64,000 bases of DNA from Propionibacteriales bacterium (lineage in GTDB: Bacteria; Actinomycetota; Actinomycetes; Propionibacteriales; Nocardioidaceae): assembly GCA_038239485.1 (NCBI GenBank), contig JBBSET010000008.1:8857-72856 (forward strand), written 5' to 3'. The position numbers were made by a program, and so were the translations under genes. How positions within the stretch are numbered: position 1 is the first letter of the stretch; each line of letters opens with the position of its first letter. Shown here piece by piece: positions 9,464 to 18,138 of the stretch. The notes below the pieces were generated by a model. It had not been told where the DNA came from. It was given only the letters and a program-made list of their open reading frames with translations, and did not search any database.

Positions 9464-10914
9464 GGGGCGACCTCGACCAGGTCGGTGCCGAGCAGGTCTG
9501 CGGCGGCCCGCAGCTCCGGGAGCAGGTCACCGATACCCAGCGCCCAGTGATGCGAGATCCCGGTGGCACTCCACTGGTCGGTCCACTCGCCCGGGTCGCA
9601 ACCGAAGTCGACTCGCGAGGTGGTGTTGCCGATCTGGAGCAGTGGGCCGGGGACGACGTTGCCCGTAGACGCCACGAAGCGATAGGACCCGTCGCGCTGC
9701 TGCGCGATCCCGAAGGTCGTCACCGGGCCATGCCGCACGTCGAACTCGACCGACACACCCCAGCCGCGTTTGCCGTGGTAGACGCCCAGCCCCCGCAGCA
9801 GCGGTCGGCCGTCGCTGATGGCCAGATGCGCGGGGCCGTCGTGGCCCATCTCGACGACGCCGTCGTCGAAGTTCAGCGCCTGTAGCTCGGTGAACGAGCC
9901 GCCGCCCCCGAGCCGGTCGACGACCAGCATCGCCAACGACGTCCGCAGCTCGTACTCGCCGACCGCTGGGACTCCGCGGGCGGTGAGGAGGGAGGCGCCG
10001 AGGATCATGCCCGCTCCGAGGCGCTCGTGCTGCTCGCCCTCGAGTCCGCGGTGGTAGTAGGCGAGGCTGTCGAGGCCGAAGTCCTCCACCAGCTGGTCGA
10101 GGCCGAGCGAGACCTTGGCGCCCCAGCGGAAGTCCTCGGTCCGGACGGTCCCGTCGAGCTGGAAGACCTCGCGGGCGAGCCCCATCCGCTGCTCGACCTC
10201 CTCGTCGGTGACGGCCGCGACACGCACCCGCAGGTCGTCGAACTCGAGCACCTCCATGTGACCGCCGAAGTTGGCTGTGACCAGGGTGAGGTCGGTCGAC
10301 ACGTCGAGCATGCCGGGGTACAGGTGGCCCATTAGCCCGTGCCGCCCGTGCCGCAACACCCCGCGCACACCGGCGGCCTTGATCCAGCGGGCGATCCTGG
10401 CCCAGGCGCGCTCGTCGTCGAGGTATCCCGACACCGACCGGAACGGGATCCCGCACCGCAGGAACGCATTGGCCATCTCCGGCACCGGACAGGCACCGCA
10501 GTACGCCAGCCACTGGCCGGTGTCGAAGCTGGCGTGGTCCATCGACGTCGTGGGCTGCAGGTTGATCAGCAGCATCGGCGCGTCGCTGCGCTGGGCTACG
10601 GGAATGAGCATCGAGGCGGTCATGTAGGTCGTCAGGAACCCGACGATGAGGTCACAGCCCGCCACGCGAAGCTGCTCCGCGGCGCGGGCGCCGTCCTCGG
10701 CGTCGGAGATGAAGCCGACGTCGACGACCTCGCAGTCCATCGCCTGGATCCGCTCGGCGACTCGCCGGCTCGACGCTTGGAGCTGGGGAAGCAGGTCGGG
10801 GAACTGGGGCCAGTAGGCGCCGAGACCACCGGCGACGAGTCCTACCTTGGTCGTACGGCCGGTGACACGGGTCAGGCCGGAACCTGATGTCGCCGTCACA
10901 GCGGGGTCGGGCAT
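9460..10914 (-). CDS. L-fucose/L-arabinose isomerase family protein
   Basis: 484 aa. The N-terminal region (KVGLVAGGLGAYWPQF...) and the overall length fit the arabinose/fucose isomerase superfamily. The gene is embedded in the rhamnose operon. Confidence 0.7.
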   Translation of the reverse strand: MPDPAVTATSGSGLTRVTGRTTKVGLVAGGLGAYWPQFPDLLPQLQASSRRVAERIQAMDCEVVDVGFISDAEDGARAAEQLRVAGCDLIVGFLTTYMTASMLIPVAQRSDAPMLLINLQPTTSMDHASFDTGQWLAYCGACPVPEMANAFLRCGIPFRSVSGYLDDERAWARIARWIKAAGVRGVLRHGRHGLMGHLYPGMLDVSTDLTLVTANFGGHMEVLEFDDLRVRVAAVTDEEVEQRMGLAREVFQLDGTVRTEDFRWGAKVSLGLDQLVEDFGLDSLAYYHRGLEGEQHERLGAGMILGASLLTARGVPAVGEYELRTSLAMLVVDRLGGGGSFTELQALNFDDGVVEMGHDGPAHLAISDGRPLLRGLGVYHGKRGWGVSVEFDVRHGPVTTFGIAQQRDGSYRFVASTGNVVPGPLLQIGNTTSRVDFGCDPGEWTDQWSATGISHHWALGIGDLLPELRAAADLLGTDLVEVAP

Positions 10915-10922
10915 TGGCGCTC

Positions 10923-11288
10923 CTACGCGGTCTGCTCAGCGCCGGCCGAGTCGGCTGAGGCGAGCTGGTCGTCGAGGTTGAAGATCTCCTGCAGTGGGCG
11001 GACGGCCTTGTCCGGCCCGCCGTCGTCGAGGCCGACGAAGAACCGGCTCATCTCCGCCTGCCACCGGACATTGACGTCGGTGGCGGCCATCGCCTGCTGA
11101 GCAGCGTCGAGGTCATCGGCCTCGACGTATCCCACCAGCAGGCCGTCCGAACGGGCGAAGAGCGAGTAGTTGCGCCAGCCGCTGTCTCGTAGCGCAGCCA
11201 GCATCTCCGGCCAGACCGCAGCGTGCCGGTCCACGTACTCGTCGAGCCGCTCCGGCCGGACCTGCAGCAAGAAGCAGTACCGCGCCAT
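10923..11288 (-). CDS. rhaM: L-rhamnose mutarotase
   Basis: 121 aa reading MARYCFLLQVRPERLDEYVDRHAAVWPEML...GWRNYSLF, the classic RhaM signature. Confidence 0.9.
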   Translation of the reverse strand: MARYCFLLQVRPERLDEYVDRHAAVWPEMLAALRDSGWRNYSLFARSDGLLVGYVEADDLDAAQQAMAATDVNVRWQAEMSRFFVGLDDGGPDKAVRPLQEIFNLDDQLASADSAGAEQTA

Positions 11289-11321
11289 CAGGGGTGTTCC
11301 TCACATCACGTTGGGGGGAGT

Positions 11322-11358
11322 GGCTGCCGGCCGCCACCGAGGTGACGGCCGAGCAGCC
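11322..11358 (-). promoter_or_regulatory. Intercistronic GC-rich stem-loop just downstream of the binding-protein gene
   Basis: Arms GGCTGCCGGCCG and CGGCCGAGCAGCC form a 12-bp stem with one bulge around a 12-nt loop. The structure begins 10 nt after the rhaS stop and has no U-tract. It could act as a partial terminator or mRNA-stabilising structure, as is common after SBP genes in ABC operons. Confidence 0.3.
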
Positions 11359-11368
11359 GCTCAGTCGG

Positions 11369-12448
11369 TCAGAAGTTGAACTTGTCGATGTTCGACTTGT
11401 CGAACACCGTGGGAGGGCCGAGCACCACCGAAGGGCCGGTCTCGCCAGCGGGCGCGAGCACCTTGTACGTGCCGAGGTGGCCAGCCTTGAAGGAGGAGTT
11501 CGCCTGCAGGCTCGCGGATCCGGAGGCGAGGCTGGCGGCGGCGTAGCCCGCGAGGTAGCCGAGGTCGCTGGGGTTCCACAGCTCGAACGCCGTGACCGTC
11601 CCGTCCTTGACATACGTCTTCATCTGCGACGGCAGTCCGAGCCCGGTGAGGGTCAGGTGGCTCAGCAGGGACTTGTGGCTGTCGAGGTACTGGGCGGCGG
11701 TGGAGATGCCGACCGTTGTCGGCGAGATGATGCCGCGCAGGTTCGGGTAGGCCGACAGCAAGCCCTGGAGCACCGTCAGGGAGGTTTGCGGGTCGTCATT
11801 GCCGTAGACGGTGGTGACCAGCTGCATCTTGGGGTACTTCTTCAACTGCTCCTTCATGTACCCGATCCAGGCGTTCTGGTTCGTCGCGCTGGCTGCCGCG
11901 GAGAGGATCGCGATCTGACCGCTGCTGTTGATCTCCTTGGCCAGCAGGTCGACCTCGGAGGTACCGATGGTCTTGGTGTCCGCCTGGTTGATGAACAGAT
12001 GGCTCGGGCTGGACCCGCAGCTGATGTCGGAGTCGAAGGCAACGATCTGGATGCCGGCCTGGGCAGCCTGGTTGAGCTGCGGGCAGAGCGCCTTCGGGTC
12101 GTTGGCGGCGATCACGATCGCGTCGGCCTTGGCCTGGATCGCGGCCTGGATCGACGGCAGCTGCGCAGCGGCGGTGTCTTGCGTACCGCTGCTGACGACC
12201 ACCTTGCCACCGAGCTCCGCCAAAGCGGCCTGGCCGCCCTTGTCGGCCAGGACCTCGTAGGGGTTCTGGGTGTCCTTGGGGATGAAGTAGACGGTGAGCC
12301 CTGACTTGATTCCCGTCCCCGTCGCCGAGGCAGTCGGGTTGGTTGCCGAGTTCTTGCTGGACGAGCTGCACGCTGCCAGCGACAGGCTTGCCACCACTAC
12401 GGTGGCGACGGCAAGCGTCGTGTGGCGCGTCAGACGGATTCTGCTCAT
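11369..12448 (-). CDS. rhaS: Rhamnose ABC transporter substrate-binding lipoprotein
   Basis: 359 aa with a signal peptide and lipobox (LSLAACSSS). It has a periplasmic sugar-binding fold with YFIPKDTQNPY. Confidence 0.85.
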   Translation of the reverse strand: MSRIRLTRHTTLAVATVVVASLSLAACSSSSKNSATNPTASATGTGIKSGLTVYFIPKDTQNPYEVLADKGGQAALAELGGKVVVSSGTQDTAAAQLPSIQAAIQAKADAIVIAANDPKALCPQLNQAAQAGIQIVAFDSDISCGSSPSHLFINQADTKTIGTSEVDLLAKEINSSGQIAILSAAASATNQNAWIGYMKEQLKKYPKMQLVTTVYGNDDPQTSLTVLQGLLSAYPNLRGIISPTTVGISTAAQYLDSHKSLLSHLTLTGLGLPSQMKTYVKDGTVTAFELWNPSDLGYLAGYAAASLASGSASLQANSSFKAGHLGTYKVLAPAGETGPSVVLGPPTVFDKSNIDKFNF

Positions 12449-12501
12449 GCTAGTGAGGCCTTTCGTGAAACCGATGGTGTGGAGACGTGTCTGTGACGGA
12501 C

Positions 12502-13569
12502 CTACGCTGCCGAGCGAGACCGGCCGCGCCGGACTCTGGCTCGGAGTCTGCCGATGACCTCACCCCCGTTCGGGATGACGACGCTGAGCAGCAGGAGAAT
12601 GCCGGTGATGATGTTCTGCTTCTCTGGCTGCACCTGCATCTGCGTGAGCGCCATTTGAAGGCTCCCGATGATGGCGACCGACAGCACGACCCCAAGGATG
12701 GTGCCGCGACCACCGAAGATCGAGACACCGCCGAACAGCGCGATCGCGACGACGTTGAGCTCCAGGCCCACTCCGGCGTTGTAGCTCACTGACGAATTCT
12801 GCAGCGTGAGCAGGATGCCGGCGAACGCGCTCAGCAGACCAGAGAGGACGAACAGGCCGAACTTGATCCGGGTCACCCTGATCCCGGCGAACTCCGCTGC
12901 CTCCGGCTGGAGCCCGATGGCGACCATCGACCGGCCTAGCGGAGTGGCGTGCAGGACGACGCCGAACACCATGGCGAGGATCAAGAAGATGAGGAGCGAC
13001 CACGACAGCTCCGTGCCGCCGACCGGCAGCACCCCGATGTTCGTCAGCGAGACGGGGAACAGCCGGTCGCCGATCCCTGGGACGGTCACGGACCCCAGCA
13101 GGATCTCCGCCAGCCCGCGAAACAGCGTGAGCGTGCCGATGGTCACGGCGATCGAGGGCAGTCCGAACCTGGCCACGAGCAGGCCGTTGAGCGCGCCGCC
13201 GGCGAGGCCGACCAGGAGCGCCACCCCGAAGGCCGGCCAGATCCCCCAGCCGTGGTGCCACAGGTCCCCGACCACGGCACCAGACAGGCCGAGCATCGAC
13301 GCCACGGAGAGGTCGATCTCGCCCGTCATGACGACGAAGGTCATCGGGAGGGCCATGATCGCGATGTAGCCGATGTTGATGCCCATGAAGAAGAGGGTCG
13401 AGGAGGTCAGGAAGACCGAGGACTCGGCGGCACCGAAGATGAGCACGCCAAACAGGACGACGAGCAGGCCGGTCTCCCAGCGCGCCACGCCGCTCCAGAG
13501 CCGGCGCGCGCCGGAGTCGGCTGCGGGCGCATCCACCTTCGGCGGCGTCGGGGTCATCACGTCAGACAT
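12502..13569 (-). CDS. Sugar (rhamnose) ABC transporter permease
   Basis: 355 aa polytopic protein of the BPD/ribose-type permease family. It overlaps the upstream permease by 8 nt. Confidence 0.85.
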   Translation of the reverse strand: MSDVMTPTPPKVDAPAADSGARRLWSGVARWETGLLVVLFGVLIFGAAESSVFLTSSTLFFMGINIGYIAIMALPMTFVVMTGEIDLSVASMLGLSGAVVGDLWHHGWGIWPAFGVALLVGLAGGALNGLLVARFGLPSIAVTIGTLTLFRGLAEILLGSVTVPGIGDRLFPVSLTNIGVLPVGGTELSWSLLIFLILAMVFGVVLHATPLGRSMVAIGLQPEAAEFAGIRVTRIKFGLFVLSGLLSAFAGILLTLQNSSVSYNAGVGLELNVVAIALFGGVSIFGGRGTILGVVLSVAIIGSLQMALTQMQVQPEKQNIITGILLLLSVVIPNGGEVIGRLRARVRRGRSRSAA

Positions 13570-14602
13570 TGCGGTGCGCTCCTTCAGCCGACGCCAGTTT
13601 CCGGGCGTTGCGCAACGTCAGCCATCGGTCGAAGGCGATGGCGGCCAGCAGGAGTCCGCCCGCGATCGCCCCGTTCCAGAAGGCAGAGATCCGCAGCGCG
13701 ACCAGTGCCTGCTGGATGGTATGGAGCAGCACCGCTCCTAGAGCAGCACCGACGACCGTGCCGCTGCCGCCGAAGATCGCGACACCTCCGACGACCACGG
13801 CAGCAATGACCTGGAGCTCGTAGCCTTGCCCAGCACTGTTGTCGACCTGCGCGTTGAGGGCCAGGAAGAGAGCCCCGGCGAGGCCGGCGAGCGTGCCGCT
13901 GATGACGAAGGCGGCGAAGACCCGCCGGGTGGCCGGGATACCGATGAGTGCGGCGGCGGCGGGGTTCGAGCCGATGGCGTAAAGGTCCCGGCTGGCGCGG
14001 TAGCTCCGCATCGCGTAGGCCGCGACGACGACGACCCCTGCGACGATGATGAACAGCCATGGGACGCCGAGAAGGTTCTGGTACCCGACCGCCGTGAACG
14101 AATGTGGGATGGCGGTGGGGTTGACGATGTGCCCGTTGACGATGACCCCGTCGATGCCGCGGACGATGTAGAGCATCGCCAGCGTGACGACGAGGCTCGG
14201 CACCCGCATGACAGTGGTGATGAAGCCGTTGACCGCGCCGATGCCGGCGCCGACCGTCATCGCGATGAGGAAACCGGACCAGGCCGGGATGTGCTCGTGC
14301 TTGAACAGGTCACCCACGATGTAGGCCGACAGGCCGAGCACCGAGCCTACCGACAGGTCGACATTGCGGGTGACGATCACGAGCGTCTCGCCGACACCGA
14401 GCAGGGCGATCAGCGCGGCGCCGGAGAGGAGCTGCTGGATGCTGTTGGCGCTGAGGAAATGGTGGTTGTCGAGACTGGTCAGTCCGACGAGCACGACGAT
14501 GAGCAGCCCGATACCGGCCTCGCGGGCCCGCAGCAGGTCGACCAGTCGACTGGTTCGGGGCTTGTCGACGTCGGCGGCCGGCTCGACGGTCCGGGTGCTC
14601 AT
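13562..14602 (-). CDS. Sugar (rhamnose) ABC transporter permease
   Basis: 346 aa polytopic protein of the same permease family. It has a 4-nt overlap with the ATPase gene. Confidence 0.85.
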   Translation of the reverse strand: MSTRTVEPAADVDKPRTSRLVDLLRAREAGIGLLIVVLVGLTSLDNHHFLSANSIQQLLSGAALIALLGVGETLVIVTRNVDLSVGSVLGLSAYIVGDLFKHEHIPAWSGFLIAMTVGAGIGAVNGFITTVMRVPSLVVTLAMLYIVRGIDGVIVNGHIVNPTAIPHSFTAVGYQNLLGVPWLFIIVAGVVVVAAYAMRSYRASRDLYAIGSNPAAAALIGIPATRRVFAAFVISGTLAGLAGALFLALNAQVDNSAGQGYELQVIAAVVVGGVAIFGGSGTVVGAALGAVLLHTIQQALVALRISAFWNGAIAGGLLLAAIAFDRWLTLRNARKLASAEGAHRNV

Positions 14603-16122
14603 GCTGCCGCCTCGTCGGTGCTGGCCATCGTCGCCGCCCGCATGATCAGGTCGTCGGTCGCCTGGGCTCGGCTGAACTCACCGGTGAGCCGTCCCTCCCG
14701 CAGGACGAGGACCCGGTCGGCCATCCCCAGCACCTCGGGAAGCTCCGAGGAGATCATCAGGACTGCCATGCCGTCGCTGACGAGGCCGTCGAGGATGCGG
14801 TGCACCTCGGCCTTCGTCCCGACGTCGATCCCCCGGGTCGGCTCGTCGATGATCAGCAGCTTGGGGGCTCGGGCCAGCCACTTGCCCAGAACGACCTTCT
14901 GCTGGTTGCCGCCGGACAGCGTGGAGACGGCGTTGCGAAGCCGGCCGAACTTGAGCTGGAGCCGGCCCGCCCACGTCATCGCCAGCTCCGCCTCGCTGGA
15001 TCGCCGGATGATGCCGAACGAGCTCAGCGGGTACAGCGACGCGAGCGCCATGTTCTGGTCGATCCCCATGTCCATGACCAGCCCCTGCTGTCGACGGTCC
15101 TCTGGCACCAGCGCGACCCCGGCGGCCATCGCCGACTGCGGGTCACCGTTGGGGAGCTCCGATCCGTGAAACCGCACGGACCCGCCGTCGTGGCGGTCGA
15201 TGCCGAAGACCGCACGGGCGACCTCGGACCGGCCGGCCCCGACGAGCCCGGCGAGGGCGACGATCTCGCCGCGGCGCACCGTGAACGAGACGTCCTTGAA
15301 CTTGCCGAGACTGGTGAGCCCCTGCACCTCGAGGATGACCTCGCCGGGCTCCGTGACCGTCTTCGGGAAGAGCGACTCCAGGTCACGCCCCACCATCAGC
15401 CGGATGATCTGGTCGACGGTGATCTCCTCGATGGGAGCCGTGTGGACGAAGCTGCCGTCGCGCATCACGGTGACGCGCTGGCAGCAGGAGTACACCTCTT
15501 CCAGTCGGTGGGAGATGAACATCACGGCAGAGCCCTGGGCACGCAGAGTGCGGATGACGACGAAGAGCCGCTCGACCTCGGTGGACGTGAGGGCGGCCGT
15601 GGGCTCGTCCATGACCAGGACGCTGGCGTTGAGCGACAGCGCCTTGGCGATCTCGACGATCTGCTGGTCTGCCACCGACAGGGCTCGAGCGAGCCGACGC
15701 GGGTCGAGGATGACCCCGAGCCGCCTGAAGATCGCCGCCGCCTCGCGTTCCATCGCGGCGCGGTCGATTCGGCGCCGCGCACCGAGTGGCTGGCGCCCGA
15801 CGAAGATGTTCTCCGCCACTGTCAGGTCGGCGAACAGCGACGGCTCCTGGTAGATGATCGACACGCCGGCATCGCGTGCCGCCGCCGGGCCGGTGAACAC
15901 GACGGGGGCGCCGTCGAGGAGCAGCTCCCCCGAGTCGGGGTAGTGCACACCCGCCAGGATCTTCACGAGGGTCGACTTGCCGGCGCCGTTCTCGCCGAGC
16001 AGCGCGTGCGCCTCTCCCGGATACAGGGTGATGCTGCCGTCGACCAGGGCAGCGACCGGACCGAAGCTCTTGGCGGCCTTCGAGAGCACCAGGCGAGGAC
16101 CTGTGTCGTCGTCAGTGGTCAT
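14599..16122 (-). CDS. Sugar (rhamnose) ABC transporter ATP-binding protein with duplicated ATPase domains
   Basis: 507 aa with two ABC cassettes: Walker [10 protein letters not shown], a LSGGNQQK signature and Walker [11 protein letters not shown]. Confidence 0.9.
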   Translation of the reverse strand: MTTDDDTGPRLVLSKAAKSFGPVAALVDGSITLYPGEAHALLGENGAGKSTLVKILAGVHYPDSGELLLDGAPVVFTGPAAARDAGVSIIYQEPSLFADLTVAENIFVGRQPLGARRRIDRAAMEREAAAIFRRLGVILDPRRLARALSVADQQIVEIAKALSLNASVLVMDEPTAALTSTEVERLFVVIRTLRAQGSAVMFISHRLEEVYSCCQRVTVMRDGSFVHTAPIEEITVDQIIRLMVGRDLESLFPKTVTEPGEVILEVQGLTSLGKFKDVSFTVRRGEIVALAGLVGAGRSEVARAVFGIDRHDGGSVRFHGSELPNGDPQSAMAAGVALVPEDRRQQGLVMDMGIDQNMALASLYPLSSFGIIRRSSEAELAMTWAGRLQLKFGRLRNAVSTLSGGNQQKVVLGKWLARAPKLLIIDEPTRGIDVGTKAEVHRILDGLVSDGMAVLMISSELPEVLGMADRVLVLREGRLTGEFSRAQATDDLIMRAATMASTDEAAA

Positions 16123-16203
16123 CTCGTCCGTCCTGCCAGCTGGGTCGTGGCTCCGTGGTCCGTTCGCGTCGTGTGACCAGGCGCGGACTGCGGTAATTGC
16201 GTG

Positions 16204-16215
16204 TGAAACCTTTCA
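16204..16215. promoter_or_regulatory. Candidate LacI-family operator TGAAAC-CTTTCA
   Basis: Near-perfect palindrome (5 of 6 bases per half-site) in the 258-bp divergent region between the rhamnose operon and the LacI-family gene. It resembles the generic LacI/GalR operator core TGnAAnCGnTTnCA. Confidence 0.4.
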
Positions 16216-16380
16216 TTCCGGGAAACTGTAAGGTGCGTCACAGTCCGTGTCAAGGGGGTGTGACGATCTTGTTACCATCTGCAGCCTGCGCCCAGATGTC
16301 GTCGCAGAGTGTCAGATACAGCTGCCTGTGGAGTGGGCAGGAGTACCCTCCGATTGAGACGATCAAATCCGTGGCAACTG

Positions 16381-17409
16381 ATGGGAATGCCTATGATCGA
16401 GCCGGCCAACGTCCTCGACGTGGCCGCTCATGCCGGCGTCTCAGTCGGCACGGTCTCCAACGTCATGAACCGGCCGGAGCGCGTGTCGCCCGCCACCCGA
16501 GAGCGCGTGCTGGCGTCGATCAGCGCCTTGGGGTACGTCCGCAACGAGGCTGCCCGCCAGCTCCGGGCCGGCAAGAGCCGGACCATCGGGTTGGTCGTGC
16601 TCGACATCGGGAACCCGTTCTTCACCGATCTGGCTGCAGGTGCGGAGGTCACGGCCACCAAGCACGGTCTGACGCTGATCCTGTGCAGCAGCAACGACGA
16701 CGTGCACCGCGAGTCCCACTACCTGAGCCTGCTGCAGGAGCAGCGCGCGTTCGGCATCTTGATCACTCCGGTGGCACGCACGAACACCGCGATCCAGCAG
16801 CTTCGCCGGCGCGGGACGCCCGTCGTCCTCGTGGACCGGACCGCCGGGCGCCGGCAGTGCTCGGTATCGGTCAACGACCGGCTCGGCGGCGAGCTGGCCA
16901 TCGACCATCTGGTCAGCCGCGGACATCGCAGGATCGCCTTCGTGGGAGGTCCGATGTCGATCAACCAGGTGGTGGAGCGGCTGGCCGGGGCGCGGGCGGC
17001 GTTGCGGGCGGCCGACCTACCCGACGACGCACTGACGGTCATGGAGACTCCCGCCCTCAATGTGGCCGCCGGCCGTTCGATGGGGGCCGAGATCGTGGCG
17101 CTGCCGGCGCCGGGCCGCCCGACCGCGGTCTTCTGCGCGAATGACCTCCTCGCGCTGGGGGTGCTGCAGGAGATGACGCGGAGCAGGCTTCAGGTGCCGG
17201 GCGACATCGCGATCGTGGGGTACGACGACATCGACTTCGCTGCAGCGGCCGCGGTACCACTCACGTCCGTGCGACAACCTCGGGCCCAGCTCGGCCTGGC
17301 CGCGATGGACCTGCTCATCGAGGAGGGGCTCGCACCCGACGAGCACCAGCATCGTCAGGTCGTTTTCGAGCCCGAGCTCGTGATTCGCGATTCGACGGGC
17401 CATCCCTGA
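16381..17409 (+). CDS. LacI family transcriptional regulator (probable rhamnose operon repressor)
   Basis: An N-terminal HTH (NVLDVAAHAGVSVGTVSNVMN) is followed by a periplasmic-binding-protein-like sugar-binding domain. The ORF track starts at 16309, but the HTH position favours ATG at 16381, 16387 or 16393. Confidence 0.85.
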   Translation: MGMPMIEPANVLDVAAHAGVSVGTVSNVMNRPERVSPATRERVLASISALGYVRNEAARQLRAGKSRTIGLVVLDIGNPFFTDLAAGAEVTATKHGLTLILCSSNDDVHRESHYLSLLQEQRAFGILITPVARTNTAIQQLRRRGTPVVLVDRTAGRRQCSVSVNDRLGGELAIDHLVSRGHRRIAFVGGPMSINQVVERLAGARAALRAADLPDDALTVMETPALNVAAGRSMGAEIVALPAPGRPTAVFCANDLLALGVLQEMTRSRLQVPGDIAIVGYDDIDFAAAAAVPLTSVRQPRAQLGLAAMDLLIEEGLAPDEHQHRQVVFEPELVIRDSTGHP

Positions 17410-17727
17410 CCGGGACGCCTACCCGCAACTCGACGGCAGGGCGCTGACCGACGCGCTCTGCTGCGGATGTCCGTGGACCGTGCCCGGGCGGCTCAGACCC
17501 GTGCTCCCTGCGGTCGGGGCAGCGTGCCACCGTTTCGGTGGACTGCCAGGCAGCGACAGGTATCAATGACGCTCAGCAACGACTCTTCCTATCAACGTCA
17601 ACGTCTCACACCCATAAACCGTTGACAAAGCCTGAGACCGCAGGCACGGTTACTAGCAGTCACCGCGTCGGCCACGTCGAGGTGACATATACGCGCGCAG
17701 CTCGGGCGCTTGTCGAGGGAGGCAGAC

Positions 17728-18132
17728 GTGGTCGCAGGTCGATTGCCGGTGGACGACGACATCGCGGCCGTGCTCGTGACGATCAGCGAGCCCGGGGCCG
17801 ATCCGGAGCGCCTCGACGAGCTCACGTTGATGCTTCGTGGCGAGCTGATGGAGATTGCCGCCGACGTCCGGCCTGTGTCGGGTGGCGAGGCGCCCCCGGG
17901 TACCCGGGCGATCGACATCGCGACGGTCGGTGCGCTCCTCGTCGCCGTCAAGGGGTCGGTGGAGTCGGTCAACGCCATCGTGTCGGCGGTCCGCTCCTGG
18001 CTCCGGCGCGGGACCACGCCGCGCGTCGTCGAGCTGACGATCGCCGGTACGACGCTGCGCCTCGACGCCGCGAGCGAGCAGCAACAGCAGCAGCTTGTCG
18101 ACGAGTTCGTACGCGCCGTCCGAGCTGGCTGA
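17728..18132 (+). CDS. EACC1-like (effector-associated constant component) small protein
   Basis: 134 aa from GTG 17728, with GGGAGG 6 nt upstream; the ORF track starts at TTG 17710. The layout is an acidic helix (ERLDELTLMLRGEL), then PPGTRAIDIATVGALLVAVKGSVESVNAIVSAVRSWLRRG (hydrophobic hairpin ending in WLRR), then VVELTIAGTTLRLDAAS and a C-terminal helix. This matches my recollection of the EACC1 family found next to caspase or trypsin effectors. Confidence 0.6.
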   Translation: MVAGRLPVDDDIAAVLVTISEPGADPERLDELTLMLRGELMEIAADVRPVSGGEAPPGTRAIDIATVGALLVAVKGSVESVNAIVSAVRSWLRRGTTPRVVELTIAGTTLRLDAASEQQQQQLVDEFVRAVRAG

Positions 18133-18138
18133 GGTGCC

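Noticed and set aside
17592-17656. Promoter or operator for the EACC1/caspase operon (TTGACA at 17622-17627, tandem CAACGT CAACGT at 17593-17604, TCAACG/CGTTGA inverted repeat)
   Set aside because: No acceptable -10 hexamer lies at 16-19 nt spacing; the nearest TAnnnT-like hexamers are 20-23 nt away. The repeats are too short to distinguish from chance. It is kept only as a region to examine with 5'-end mapping.
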